DNA from: Patescibacteria group bacterium | GTDB lineage: Bacteria; Patescibacteriota; Minisyncoccia; Phycocordibacterales; UBA918 | Reading direction: 5' to 3' | Assembly (NCBI GenBank): GCA_019750255.1 | Contig: JAIEOU010000007.1 | Span: 1 to 57,280 of the forward strand | Length of the DNA stretch: 57,280 bases | In this document: piece by piece, positions 1-8,412 of the stretch | Numbering within the stretch: the first letter of the stretch is position 1 | Layout: every line of letters starts with the position of its first letter | Notes under the pieces: generated by a model | What the model was told of the DNA's origin: nothing | The model's input: only the letters and a program-made list of their open reading frames with translations | Databases searched by the model: none | Position numbers and translations under genes: made by a program

Positions 1-88
1 AGGGGGGGTAATTGGAAGGGCCGACTGTGGGATTTGGACTCACACTCAGTAAGGGTTTGGACCTTAAATCGACCTCCCAGACGCTACA

Positions 89-316
89 TCAGGTGCGCCA
101 ATGCGTCCGGCCGAGAACTATCGGTCCGGTACGACGGGCTGGAGTAGTGGCCTGATATATGGCCGGCTCCCCAGTCTCCGGCGTGTCTTCGCCGGGAGCT
201 CCCTCTCCTCCTTGGATCAAGGAACCGTCAACGCTTGCGCGCTGCTGATAGGTTCCAGGTGCCGTGCACGCGGCCAACGTGCAGAGCACAACGAGGATTT
301 TCCACACTTGTAGCAT
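89..316 (-). CDS. Small putative lipoprotein (75 aa)
   Basis: Start moved to MLQVWKILVVLCTLAAC: hydrophobic stretch plus LAAC lipobox; AAAGGGGG SD-like sequence upstream; own promoter at 405-433. Confidence 0.6.
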   Translation of the reverse strand: MLQVWKILVVLCTLAACTAPGTYQQRASVDGSLIQGGEGAPGEDTPETGEPAIYQATTPARRTGPIVLGRTHWRT

Positions 317-404
317 CAAACTACCCCCTTTGAGAAGCCCCCGACAAAGCGCCGGGAGCTGCTCCGCGTTTAGCCAAATTAAGAGGCTACAACGAAGCCC
401 GGCA

Positions 405-433
405 AGAATACTCTCTTTTCTAGACCACGTCAA
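405..433 (-). promoter_or_regulatory. sigma70-type promoter for the small lipoprotein gene
   Basis: Minus strand TTGACG-17 nt-TATTCT. Confidence 0.5.
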
Positions 434-456
434 ATAACTTATGTACAGACCTATGA

Positions 457-488
457 TAAAAGACGGCACCGCCGCTACGGTGTCGTCT
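457..488 (-). terminator. Probable intrinsic terminator after murF
   Basis: Minus strand AGACGACACCG-tagcgg-CGGTGCCGTCT hairpin followed by a short T-run. Confidence 0.55.
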
Positions 489-532
489 GGTCTCACGATA
501 TTCGCTTGCGTAACTACTGAACTACGTATCAA

Positions 533-1822
533 TTACCGTTCTTGCCACGCATCATCTTGGCGAACGAGCAGTTCACCGGCCCGATCAGGTTCAGCCATTA
601 ACTCCTCAATTATTCGTTCGGCGCGAATGCCTTGTGAGCCCTTCACTAGAATGACATCCCCCGGCTGAATAAGGCCCTGCAACTCCTTCCCTGCCTTTAC
701 TGCCTCCTCGTACTGAAGCACGTACTTCTCACTCATACCGTGCGCGAGTGCGGCCTCCGCTGTGCGCTGTGACCGAATACCTACCGTTACTAACATATCC
801 GCACAATCTGGCACGAGCTCGCCAATCCGTTCGTGTTCGCGGGCAGAATACTTGCCGAGCTCGAGCATGTCACCCAGTACCACAATTTTGCGCTTTGCGT
901 ACTTAACTTCGCGCATGGCTTCAAGGGCGGCCGTGGCGGCCGTAGGTGACGAGTTATACGTGTCGTCAATCAGTGTGGTGCCCTTTATTCCCGAGATAAT
1001 TCTCATGCGGCCAGGAGGTGGCGCGATTTCCGCGGTTGCGGCCACCGCTTCAGGAAGGGTCATTCCGCGGTGAAGCGCCACCGCGATTGCCCCAGCGACC
1101 GTATAGGCGTAGTGCCCGCCAAGCACTCCCGGGAGCCGCACGGGGTGCGCCTCACCCAAGTGAGAAATGGTACAGGCAAAGCCAGCCGGAGCATTATCGT
1201 GGTAGTAGGTGCTATCCGCGCTCGCGGTCACGTGCGTTGGCATGTCGCGACCATAGCCGACCGCCTGGCGACGTATACCTTTAACATATTCTTGCAGCCG
1301 TACATCGTCATGATTAAAAATGAGCGCACCTTCTGGCTTCAGACCCTCAGCGAGCAGGAGCTTTTCAGCGGATACTGCTTCCGGAGAGGAGAAGTATTCA
1401 ACATGCACAGGCACGTCTGGCAATCGCGTAATCACAGCAATGTCCGGCCTGAGCCAGCTTACCAGCTGCTTCATGTCACCCGGACGATCGACCCCTGCCT
1501 CGATAACCAGAAGTTCGGGGTATTGCCGAGCACACAGAGCAATGAATGCACCATCGACAATATTTTTTAACCATCCTATCGGACTATTCCAAGCATTCGG
1601 CAAGCCCAACACCGTGAGTGGAATGCCGATTTCCGAGTTAAAACTTTTCTCGCTTTTGCGGGCACTGGTACGATTCTTTACCATCGCAAAAATAGCATCC
1701 TTCATTGACGTCTTTCCGACACTACCGGTGACGGCAATGATGTACGGTTTTTTTCGTGAGAGTAAAAATTTGGCCTCGGCGGTAAGTATTGAAACAACTA
1801 TCTGCTTGAAGAGTGTGCGCAT
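533..1822 (-). CDS. murF: UDP-N-acetylmuramoyl-tripeptide--D-Ala-D-Ala ligase (short N-terminus)
   Basis: AVTGSVGKT P-loop, NSEIGIPLT, DDTYNSSP, GDMLELG and VKGSQG motifs; position in the dcw cluster. Confidence 0.93.
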   Translation of the reverse strand: MRTLFKQIVVSILTAEAKFLLSRKKPYIIAVTGSVGKTSMKDAIFAMVKNRTSARKSEKSFNSEIGIPLTVLGLPNAWNSPIGWLKNIVDGAFIALCARQYPELLVIEAGVDRPGDMKQLVSWLRPDIAVITRLPDVPVHVEYFSSPEAVSAEKLLLAEGLKPEGALIFNHDDVRLQEYVKGIRRQAVGYGRDMPTHVTASADSTYYHDNAPAGFACTISHLGEAHPVRLPGVLGGHYAYTVAGAIAVALHRGMTLPEAVAATAEIAPPPGRMRIISGIKGTTLIDDTYNSSPTAATAALEAMREVKYAKRKIVVLGDMLELGKYSAREHERIGELVPDCADMLVTVGIRSQRTAEAALAHGMSEKYVLQYEEAVKAGKELQGLIQPGDVILVKGSQGIRAERIIEELMAEPDRAGELLVRQDDAWQER

Positions 1823-1827
1823 AGACG

Positions 1828-3543
1828 TTAGCGATCGGGTGGAATCGAATAGTAATTAATCAAGAATTTCGCAATATCCATAAAGGGCAGCGTCAGTGTT
1901 TCTGAGGCAAAGCGCACACCCTGTGGCTTTACAGTATACATGAAGACCAAAAAGCGTGGTTCGTAGGCCGGGAAATAACCAAAAAAGGAGTGGAGGTAGT
2001 CATTTTCCGAGTACTTTCCCGTGGCGGAGTCTGACATTTGGGCGGTACCGGTTTTGGCCGCAATGGTGTGGTGGGGCAAAGCAACGGTTCCGCCAAGGAG
2101 GGCATCATCCACCACGTTCGTGAGAATGCGCGATATTTCTTCACTGGTTTCAGGACGCAAGACCTGTGCCCCTTCTGGGTACCGGAGCTCTTTGGTCGTT
2201 CCATCGGGTTGTTTTATCCCCGAAACTAAGTGTGGGGTGACTAAGTATCCCCCGTTACCGAGTGCTGCGAGCGCACGAGTAGCAGCAATCGGACTCACCG
2301 CAATTCCTTGACCAAATGAAGCGGTCGCGTACTCCACATCACGCGGGGACTGAAGATTTTCCACCAGCCCCTTCGCTTCATTCGGTAGATCAATACCGCT
2401 TTCGCTTCCCAACTTAAAATTTAGAAAATAATCACGGAACTTATCTCTACCCATGGAAGTCACAATATGAGTGACGCCGGTATTTAGCGACTGACTGAGC
2501 ACTTCCTGCATATCAACAGTCCCCCGCCCTTTCTTGTCATAGTTGCATATTGGCTTCGTATTTAGCTCGATGCAGCCGGGGTCAAAATAGGTAGAGGTGC
2601 GAGTGATGGCACGACTGTCGAGGCCAGCAGCAACCGTCAATGCCTTAATCGTTGATCCAAATTCATACACATCTTCTACCAAAACATTCTTGAAATCTTG
2701 TACACCCGCATCACCTCGATCATTGAGGTCAAAGTTTGGCACAACCGACATGGCGTAAATAGCCCCCGTCTTAGGGTCCATAATAATGGCGCCAGTTAGT
2801 TCGCTTTTATAGGTATCATTCGTTTCTTTTAGAATTTTATCGAGGGTATGGGCTACGGTCGGCTCGACCGTCAAAATGATGTCACCTGGACCAGACACCT
2901 CCCCACTCGCGGCATCGCCGAGATTAGAAAATAGCTCAGCAAACAAGTTAACGGTGCTGACCTCACGCGGGCGAAACAGCACATGGTCATACTGACGCTC
3001 GAGACCATACTTGCCATGAAGTTCAGTCTCCGAACGTTCCGTATACCCAACAAACCCGAGCATGCGCGAAGCGAGCGTATTACCAGGATAATAGCGCCAC
3101 TGGTTACGGTAGAGTTGTACACCCTCTAGCTTTAGGGGCTTGAGCTTAGCCGCGTCTTCAGTGGAAAGTCGAGCAACCAGCTCTACATACGCGCGCCCAG
3201 CTACGGTTGCCTTGGTAACACAGTCGTCTGGTAGCGCTGTGACTGACGATTTAAGTGTCGCACACACCGTCTCAGCATCTGTAATAGCAGTTGGGTTCAG
3301 CGCCAACACGTACCCTTGCTGCACCGAAGCGGCTGATACATGATCATTATCCTTAGTGGTAAAAAAAATTGACCCTCTGGTATAGAGATCCCGAACTGTA
3401 TGCACGTACTGCCGCTCGGCTCTTTCGACATACACCTCATGAGCGTGCACTTGTATAAAATATAATCGGCAAATGATTCCAAGTGCCACCAGCACGAGGG
3501 CTAGCGCGATAACTCGTACCCGCAGAATCATCTGGTTCCGCAT
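1828..3543 (-). CDS. ftsI: Class B penicillin-binding protein (FtsI/PBP3)
   Basis: N-terminal TM, RGSIF, GSTIK (SxxK), SLN (SxN), KTGTAQ; follows rsmH and the ftsL-like gene. Confidence 0.88.
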   Translation of the reverse strand: MRNQMILRVRVIALALVLVALGIICRLYFIQVHAHEVYVERAERQYVHTVRDLYTRGSIFFTTKDNDHVSAASVQQGYVLALNPTAITDAETVCATLKSSVTALPDDCVTKATVAGRAYVELVARLSTEDAAKLKPLKLEGVQLYRNQWRYYPGNTLASRMLGFVGYTERSETELHGKYGLERQYDHVLFRPREVSTVNLFAELFSNLGDAASGEVSGPGDIILTVEPTVAHTLDKILKETNDTYKSELTGAIIMDPKTGAIYAMSVVPNFDLNDRGDAGVQDFKNVLVEDVYEFGSTIKALTVAAGLDSRAITRTSTYFDPGCIELNTKPICNYDKKGRGTVDMQEVLSQSLNTGVTHIVTSMGRDKFRDYFLNFKLGSESGIDLPNEAKGLVENLQSPRDVEYATASFGQGIAVSPIAATRALAALGNGGYLVTPHLVSGIKQPDGTTKELRYPEGAQVLRPETSEEISRILTNVVDDALLGGTVALPHHTIAAKTGTAQMSDSATGKYSENDYLHSFFGYFPAYEPRFLVFMYTVKPQGVRFASETLTLPFMDIAKFLINYYSIPPDR

Positions 3544-3549
3544 AGGTAG

Positions 3550-3876
3550 CTATTGGTTTGATGGATTGGTTCGAAGTGCGACATCGTCACTTTCACCCCG
3601 CCGAATAAACACTTTATCATCTTCTTCATTATACCCATTTGAAAGCGCTAGGCGATTACTTATTTCGTGCTGGGCAGCAATAAGCGATGTTTCAAGTGAC
3701 GCAAGCTCCGATCGCACCGCCGAGGACCTGACATCAACATCTTGCTTAACGACCACATGAAGTACTGACGCAGCCACAAAATATATATAGAGGACCACAC
3801 AGCACCCAATAGCAAACAGGAGTGTAGCCGTGATGGTAGAGGGCGTGATATAGGAGACAAGGGTTTTTGGTTTCAT
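3550..3876 (-). CDS. FtsL-like cell division protein (single TM plus coiled coil)
   Basis: Occupies the ftsL position between rsmH and ftsI; TM followed by a heptad-like segment; start set at MKPKT. Confidence 0.6.
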   Translation of the reverse strand: MKPKTLVSYITPSTITATLLFAIGCCVVLYIYFVAASVLHVVVKQDVDVRSSAVRSELASLETSLIAAQHEISNRLALSNGYNEEDDKVFIRRGESDDVALRTNPSNQ

Positions 3877-3883
3877 GCGGGAT

Positions 3884-4783
3884 TTAAAGCAAGGGTAGTT
3901 TGGTAATAATGCGGAGCTTGGCACTGCGGGACCTTGGGTTTCGCTTCACTTCCTCAGCGGTAGGGACAATTGGGCGCTTTGTTACAAGTTCTACTACCCC
4001 TTCGGAAACCAATGACCTGAACGTGTGTTTGACGATTCGGTCTTCAATACTATGGAAGGTAATGATGGCGAGCCGTCCCTCGGGGGCAAGGAGGTCAACG
4101 GCAGCCTGGATAAACGCTTCAAGGACAGTCAGCTCGTCGTTGACGACCATGCGCAGCGCTTGAAAGGTCTTGGTCGCTGGATTAATGCGACCGCGGCGGT
4201 AGGCAGCCGGTACGGCACTGCGGATGATATCCACGAGCTCTAGCGTGGTGTTGATGGCACTTGTCTGGCGAGCCGCTACAACAGCCTTAGCAATCTGTCG
4301 AGAATATCGTTCCTCACCGTACCCATAGATAACCATAGCTATCTGTTCCTCACTCCACTCATTGATGACATCATGAGCGGTAAACAAGTAGCCAGCCGGA
4401 TCCCCGAAGGTCATGAGTAGAGGTTCGTTCACTTGGAAGGAAAATCCTTTTTTTCCATCAGTAAACTGCTCCATTCTCCACCCAAGGTCTGCGAGAATGC
4501 CGTCCACCTGTCGTATGCCATGGGCATGTGCAATTGCGGTCAAGTCCTTAAAGTTTCCAACTGCCAGCGATACCTTAGGTGCGACCTTGGAAAGGTGCGG
4601 AGCTGCTGCCTCAACTGCAGACTGATCTGCGTCGATGCCAAGATAGACTCCTCGCTTTCCGAGCTGCGCGCAGATAGCACGAGCGTGACCAGCACTCCCT
4701 AAGGTGGCGTCAATGACAGTGCTCTGTGGTATAAGCGCAAGCCCTTCGACCGCTTCGTCTTGAAGGACGGTGATGTGCTGCAT
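3884..4783 (-). CDS. rsmH: 16S rRNA m4C1402 methyltransferase
   Basis: HITVL, DATLGSAGH, ATKTFQALR, ITFHSIEDRIVK and NPRSRSAKLR motifs. Confidence 0.97.
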   Translation of the reverse strand: MQHITVLQDEAVEGLALIPQSTVIDATLGSAGHARAICAQLGKRGVYLGIDADQSAVEAAAPHLSKVAPKVSLAVGNFKDLTAIAHAHGIRQVDGILADLGWRMEQFTDGKKGFSFQVNEPLLMTFGDPAGYLFTAHDVINEWSEEQIAMVIYGYGEERYSRQIAKAVVAARQTSAINTTLELVDIIRSAVPAAYRRGRINPATKTFQALRMVVNDELTVLEAFIQAAVDLLAPEGRLAIITFHSIEDRIVKHTFRSLVSEGVVELVTKRPIVPTAEEVKRNPRSRSAKLRIITKLPLL

Positions 4784-4798
4784 AAGAGGGATTTCAGT

Positions 4799-5233
4799 TT
4801 ATAGGACGCCTATCTCTCCCAATTTCTCCGCAAGGGAGTCAGCTTGAGATTCGATAATACGTTTATAGTCGTTCCATTTCTTCTCATCCCAAATTTCGAT
4901 ACGACTGTGGATTCCGGCGAGAACTACGTTCGTCGCTAGCCCCGCAAAGTCTTTCAAAAAGTCTGGCACGAGAATACGTCCAACTGAATCTATTTCTACC
5001 TCTACTGCACCACTCAAGAAGAATCGATTGAAACTTCTCGTATCCGCCTGCCCGAGTGGCAGCTGACCAACCTTATCGGTGATCTTCTGCCACTCCATGA
5101 GCGGATATACAAAGAGACAGTTATCAAGACCTCTCGTGATTACAACCGTCTCCCCAAGTTCCCTCCGCCACTTAGACGGAATGGACAGCCGTTTCTTGGG
5201 GTCCAACGTGTGGTTGTATTCGCCGATTAACAT
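4799..5233 (-). CDS. mraZ: Division/cell wall cluster transcriptional regulator MraZ
   Basis: MLIGEY..LDPKKRL, TRGLDNCL, DSVGRILVP, RIEIW; first gene of the dcw cluster. Confidence 0.97.
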   Translation of the reverse strand: MLIGEYNHTLDPKKRLSIPSKWRRELGETVVITRGLDNCLFVYPLMEWQKITDKVGQLPLGQADTRSFNRFFLSGAVEVEIDSVGRILVPDFLKDFAGLATNVVLAGIHSRIEIWDEKKWNDYKRIIESQADSLAEKLGEIGVL

Positions 5234-5268
5234 ATCTTGATTAGTCTAAACCGTTTTTGCGGTTCATG

Positions 5269-5323
5269 CCACTATCTCCCACCACTCCTACATCTTATAC
5301 CACTTTACCCCACACGCCACCAC
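5269..5323 (-). promoter_or_regulatory. MraZ-binding repeat array (GTGG at ~10-bp pitch)
   Basis: CCAC on + strand at 5269, 5279, 5300, 5310 and 5320, with CTAC at 5288, upstream of mraZ. Confidence 0.75.
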
Positions 5324-5385
5324 GTTATACACAGGCGCAACAAAAAACAGCGCATGCCCCATTGGAACATGCGCTATTTGTATCT

Positions 5386-6969
5386 CTACCCTTCTCTCCT
5401 TAATCGCTTCAACAGAAAATCACGACTGAGCGTACTTAAAAACCATCCCACTTTCGGGCCACTGTCTTTTCCCAGAAAAGCGATGTACATTGCACCAAAA
5501 AATTCTTTTGGACTGAGGCCGCTCGTTTCGCGGACGGCATGTATAAGTTCATGAAGCGTCTGTCCATCTGTTGAATCGACTTGTTCCACCTTCTCAGCCA
5601 ACAGACGCAACGCATCTGATTGCGATTCTGTAAGTGCGGCAACAGCGTCAGGAAGTTGTTCCTGTAGTGTAAAAATAAATTTTTCGTCAGCATACTCAGA
5701 TAGCCAGCGCTTAGCATAATGCGACCGTAGCGCTATTTCTGCCCTATCCTCATCAGTGAGATCATCGCCCTTCTGTACAGCCACTTCTGTATAAACATCC
5801 ATGTGCGGCATTTGGACCAGAAATGCAATCTGAGAAAACCTCGGTAGGTAGCGCTTGGTAATTGGCGTACGCTCCTCTGGTACATGTGCAAAGGTAAATA
5901 GCTGTGAATCATCATCAACGACCCCGCTCCAGTATTTTTCTGCTAAGCGGTCATAGGTATCAAACAGTACGGGAATGACATCGCCATCAGGATCAAAATC
6001 CAACTGGCGGTTAATGGGGGACTTAAGAAGGAGGAGACGCAATATATGTGGTGGTAAGATCTCTGCCATCTCAACTGCGGTGGCAGCATTCCCCTTTGAG
6101 GATGACATCTTTTTACCTCCCACAAGGAAAAATTCATTAAAGACACCGTAGGGCGGTTCGTGGTCAAATACTTCACGACAGATAGCTTCGGCCACCTGAC
6201 GCGCACCCCCTTTAGTGTAGTGGTCTTTGCCTCCGCCCTCAAAACACACACCCTTAGCCACAAACTTGGCTGCCCAATCGAGCTTCCAAGGAAACTTAGC
6301 ATTACCGTCAAACGGAGAGACCGTTCCGGTGTGTCCACAACCCTTGGCCCAGGCGATAGTGTCAGAACTACAGGTATACGTGACGAGCTCGTTATCCCAA
6401 GCAGTAATCCTCGTTGCGCTTAAATTACCACACTGCTCACACATTACATTAAGTGGGTACCAGTCCTCGGACTTTTGACTACCTGATACGCGCAAGTAAA
6501 TCTCACGTACCGTAGCCCGCCTATCGAGTGCCTTGCGAATCAGGTCGTTCATTACCCCGCTGCGGTAGAGCTCACTCGCACGATAAATTTGTGCATCAAA
6601 ACCAATGTTTTTTAGCACGGCTACATACTCTTGCCCATACAACTCGGCAAAGTTTGCAAAACCTGGCTCCGGCGAGGGAATGTTACATAACGGCACCCCC
6701 ATGTACTGCTCATACACCGCAGCATCAAGATAACTAGGAATACCGTCCATGGCATCAAAATCATTGATCTCAAAGTGGAACTCTACTAGATGTCCCCGCG
6801 AACGGAGCACGTCAGCGACAATGGCATGCAATGTCGCACTACGCAGCGATCCAACGTGCACGCGACCAGATGCTGTCTTCTCATCACGCACGATTATAGG
6901 CAGTCCGGCTTTGATAGTGTCCGCATAACGCCGCTCGACTTCGTCGGCAATAGTATCCGCCCAAAACAT
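5386..6969 (-). CDS. lysS: Class I lysyl-tRNA synthetase
   Basis: MFWAD start, TASGRVHVGSLR (HIGH), Cys pairs, GGKDH, KMSSSKG (KMSKS), GKDSGPK. Confidence 0.95.
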   Translation of the reverse strand: MFWADTIADEVERRYADTIKAGLPIIVRDEKTASGRVHVGSLRSATLHAIVADVLRSRGHLVEFHFEINDFDAMDGIPSYLDAAVYEQYMGVPLCNIPSPEPGFANFAELYGQEYVAVLKNIGFDAQIYRASELYRSGVMNDLIRKALDRRATVREIYLRVSGSQKSEDWYPLNVMCEQCGNLSATRITAWDNELVTYTCSSDTIAWAKGCGHTGTVSPFDGNAKFPWKLDWAAKFVAKGVCFEGGGKDHYTKGGARQVAEAICREVFDHEPPYGVFNEFFLVGGKKMSSSKGNAATAVEMAEILPPHILRLLLLKSPINRQLDFDPDGDVIPVLFDTYDRLAEKYWSGVVDDDSQLFTFAHVPEERTPITKRYLPRFSQIAFLVQMPHMDVYTEVAVQKGDDLTDEDRAEIALRSHYAKRWLSEYADEKFIFTLQEQLPDAVAALTESQSDALRLLAEKVEQVDSTDGQTLHELIHAVRETSGLSPKEFFGAMYIAFLGKDSGPKVGWFLSTLSRDFLLKRLRREG

Positions 6970-6997
6970 ATTGGCTAATCCTAGCGTATGGACTGGT

Positions 6998-7043
6998 AAA
7001 AGAAAAGGCCCGCACACCTAAAGGTGTGCGGGCCTTTTCTTTT
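6998..7043. terminator. Bidirectional intrinsic terminator (serves the greA transcript)
   Basis: Perfect 22-bp inverted repeat AAAAGAAAAGGCCCGCACACCT / AGGTGTGCGGGCCTTTTCTTTT. Confidence 0.85.
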
Positions 7044-7044
7044 C

Positions 7045-7395
7045 AAACACAGTCGGGCTTCGCCCTCCTTGTTTCTGCTTATCCCTTTGAAGGTCGAATC
7101 CAGCAGAGTTTTACTAAATTCTTCTACTCTCACAGCTCGCCGCCACTACTTTAGCAAATACTACCAGCATATTCTCCTCTTTAAAGTCGAATCTGCTCAA
7201 GCGATTGCATAAGCAAAATATAGTCGGACTTTGTCCTCCTTATTTCTGTTAGACATAGCTCGCCGCCGCTACTTTGAATAAAGGGCCTCTTATTTACAAA
7301 CACAAACGCTGGATTCTCCCTTTAAGGGTCGAATCCAGCGAAGTGTTTGCCTAATCAAAACATAGTCGGGCTTCGCCCTCCTTGTTTCTGCTTAT
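7045..7395. repeat. Cluster of REP-like palindromes downstream of greA
   Basis: 33-bp direct repeat AGTCGGGCTTCGCCCTCCTTGTTTCTGCTTATC at 7051 and 7363; further related hairpins at ~7166-7197, 7216-7247 and 7307-7340. Confidence 0.85.
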
Positions 7396-7866
7396 CTACT
7401 CAACCTTAAGTACTTTGTACTTCTGCTTCCCTGCTGGAGTATCAAAGGTAAATTCATCTCCCTTGGTCTTTCCCATGAGGGCTTCACCAAGCGGTGAGAG
7501 GTACGAGAGTTTGTGTTCGTGGATATTTGCCTCGTCTGAACCCACAATGGTGTAGGTGCGGCTATCTTTATCCTTATCCTTTTGAATTACCACAATCGAA
7601 CCAAGACCGACTGCACCACCCTTCTTTTCATGAGCAACAATTTTTGCTTCTTTAATTGTCTTTTCGAGGTAGCCGATACGTTCCTCAATCGCTGCCTGCA
7701 TATCACGTGCCTCTTGGTATTCAGCGTTTTCTGAAAGGTCACCGAGCGACCGAGCGTACTCAAGTGATTCGGCTACTTCCTTGCGGCGAACGGTTTTGAG
7801 GTGCTCGAGTTCCTTCTTTAGCTCATCAAACTTCTCGGAGGTCAGGAACGCTTGTGTTTCAGACAT
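7396..7866 (-). CDS. greA: Transcription elongation factor GreA
   Basis: GDLSENAEY and SYLSPLGEALMGK motifs. Confidence 0.97.
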   Translation of the reverse strand: MSETQAFLTSEKFDELKKELEHLKTVRRKEVAESLEYARSLGDLSENAEYQEARDMQAAIEERIGYLEKTIKEAKIVAHEKKGGAVGLGSIVVIQKDKDKDSRTYTIVGSDEANIHEHKLSYLSPLGEALMGKTKGDEFTFDTPAGKQKYKVLKVE

Positions 7867-7930
7867 AATTCAAATTAGTTGTCAGTATTATAAGCATAAA
7901 TAAGGAGACCGCAAGGTCGACTATATTTTG

Positions 7931-8402
7931 CTTATGCAATCGCTTGAGCAGATTCGACCTTCAAGGGGAGAATCTGCTCGTAGCGACTTGCTAAGCAGAG
8001 TCCATTGCCTGTTTTGCTTCCCGAAAACTACCACGCGTTATCTCCCTTTGAGGTCGAAACGAGTGAAGTTTTCAAATAAGGAAAATATAGTCGCAGCTAC
8101 GCTGCTCCTTATTTCTCCTTATGCAATCGCTTGAGCAGATTCGACCTTCAAGGGGAGAATCTGCTCGTAGCGACTTGCTAAGCAGAGTCCATTGCCTGTT
8201 TTGCTTCCCGAAAACTACCACGCGTTATCTCCCTTTGAGGTCGAAACGAGTGAAGTTTTCAAATAAGGAAAATATAGTCGCAGCTACGCTGCTCCTTATT
8301 TCTCCTTATGCAATCGCTTGAGCAGATTCGACCTTCAAGGGGAGAATCTGCTCGTAGCGACTTGCTAAGCAGAGTTCTTTGCCTGTTTTGCTTCCTGAAA
8401 AC
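7931..8402. repeat. 187-bp tandem repeat (~2.5 units) made of REP-like palindromes
   Basis: Units start at 7931, 8118 and 8305; first two appear identical, third is partial with a few substitutions. Confidence 0.92.
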
Positions 8403-8412
8403 CGAGTCGGCA

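Noticed and set aside
7931-8402. CRISPR array interpretation of the tandem repeat
   Set aside because: Units are 187 bp and identical throughout, with no unique spacers and no cas genes in the window
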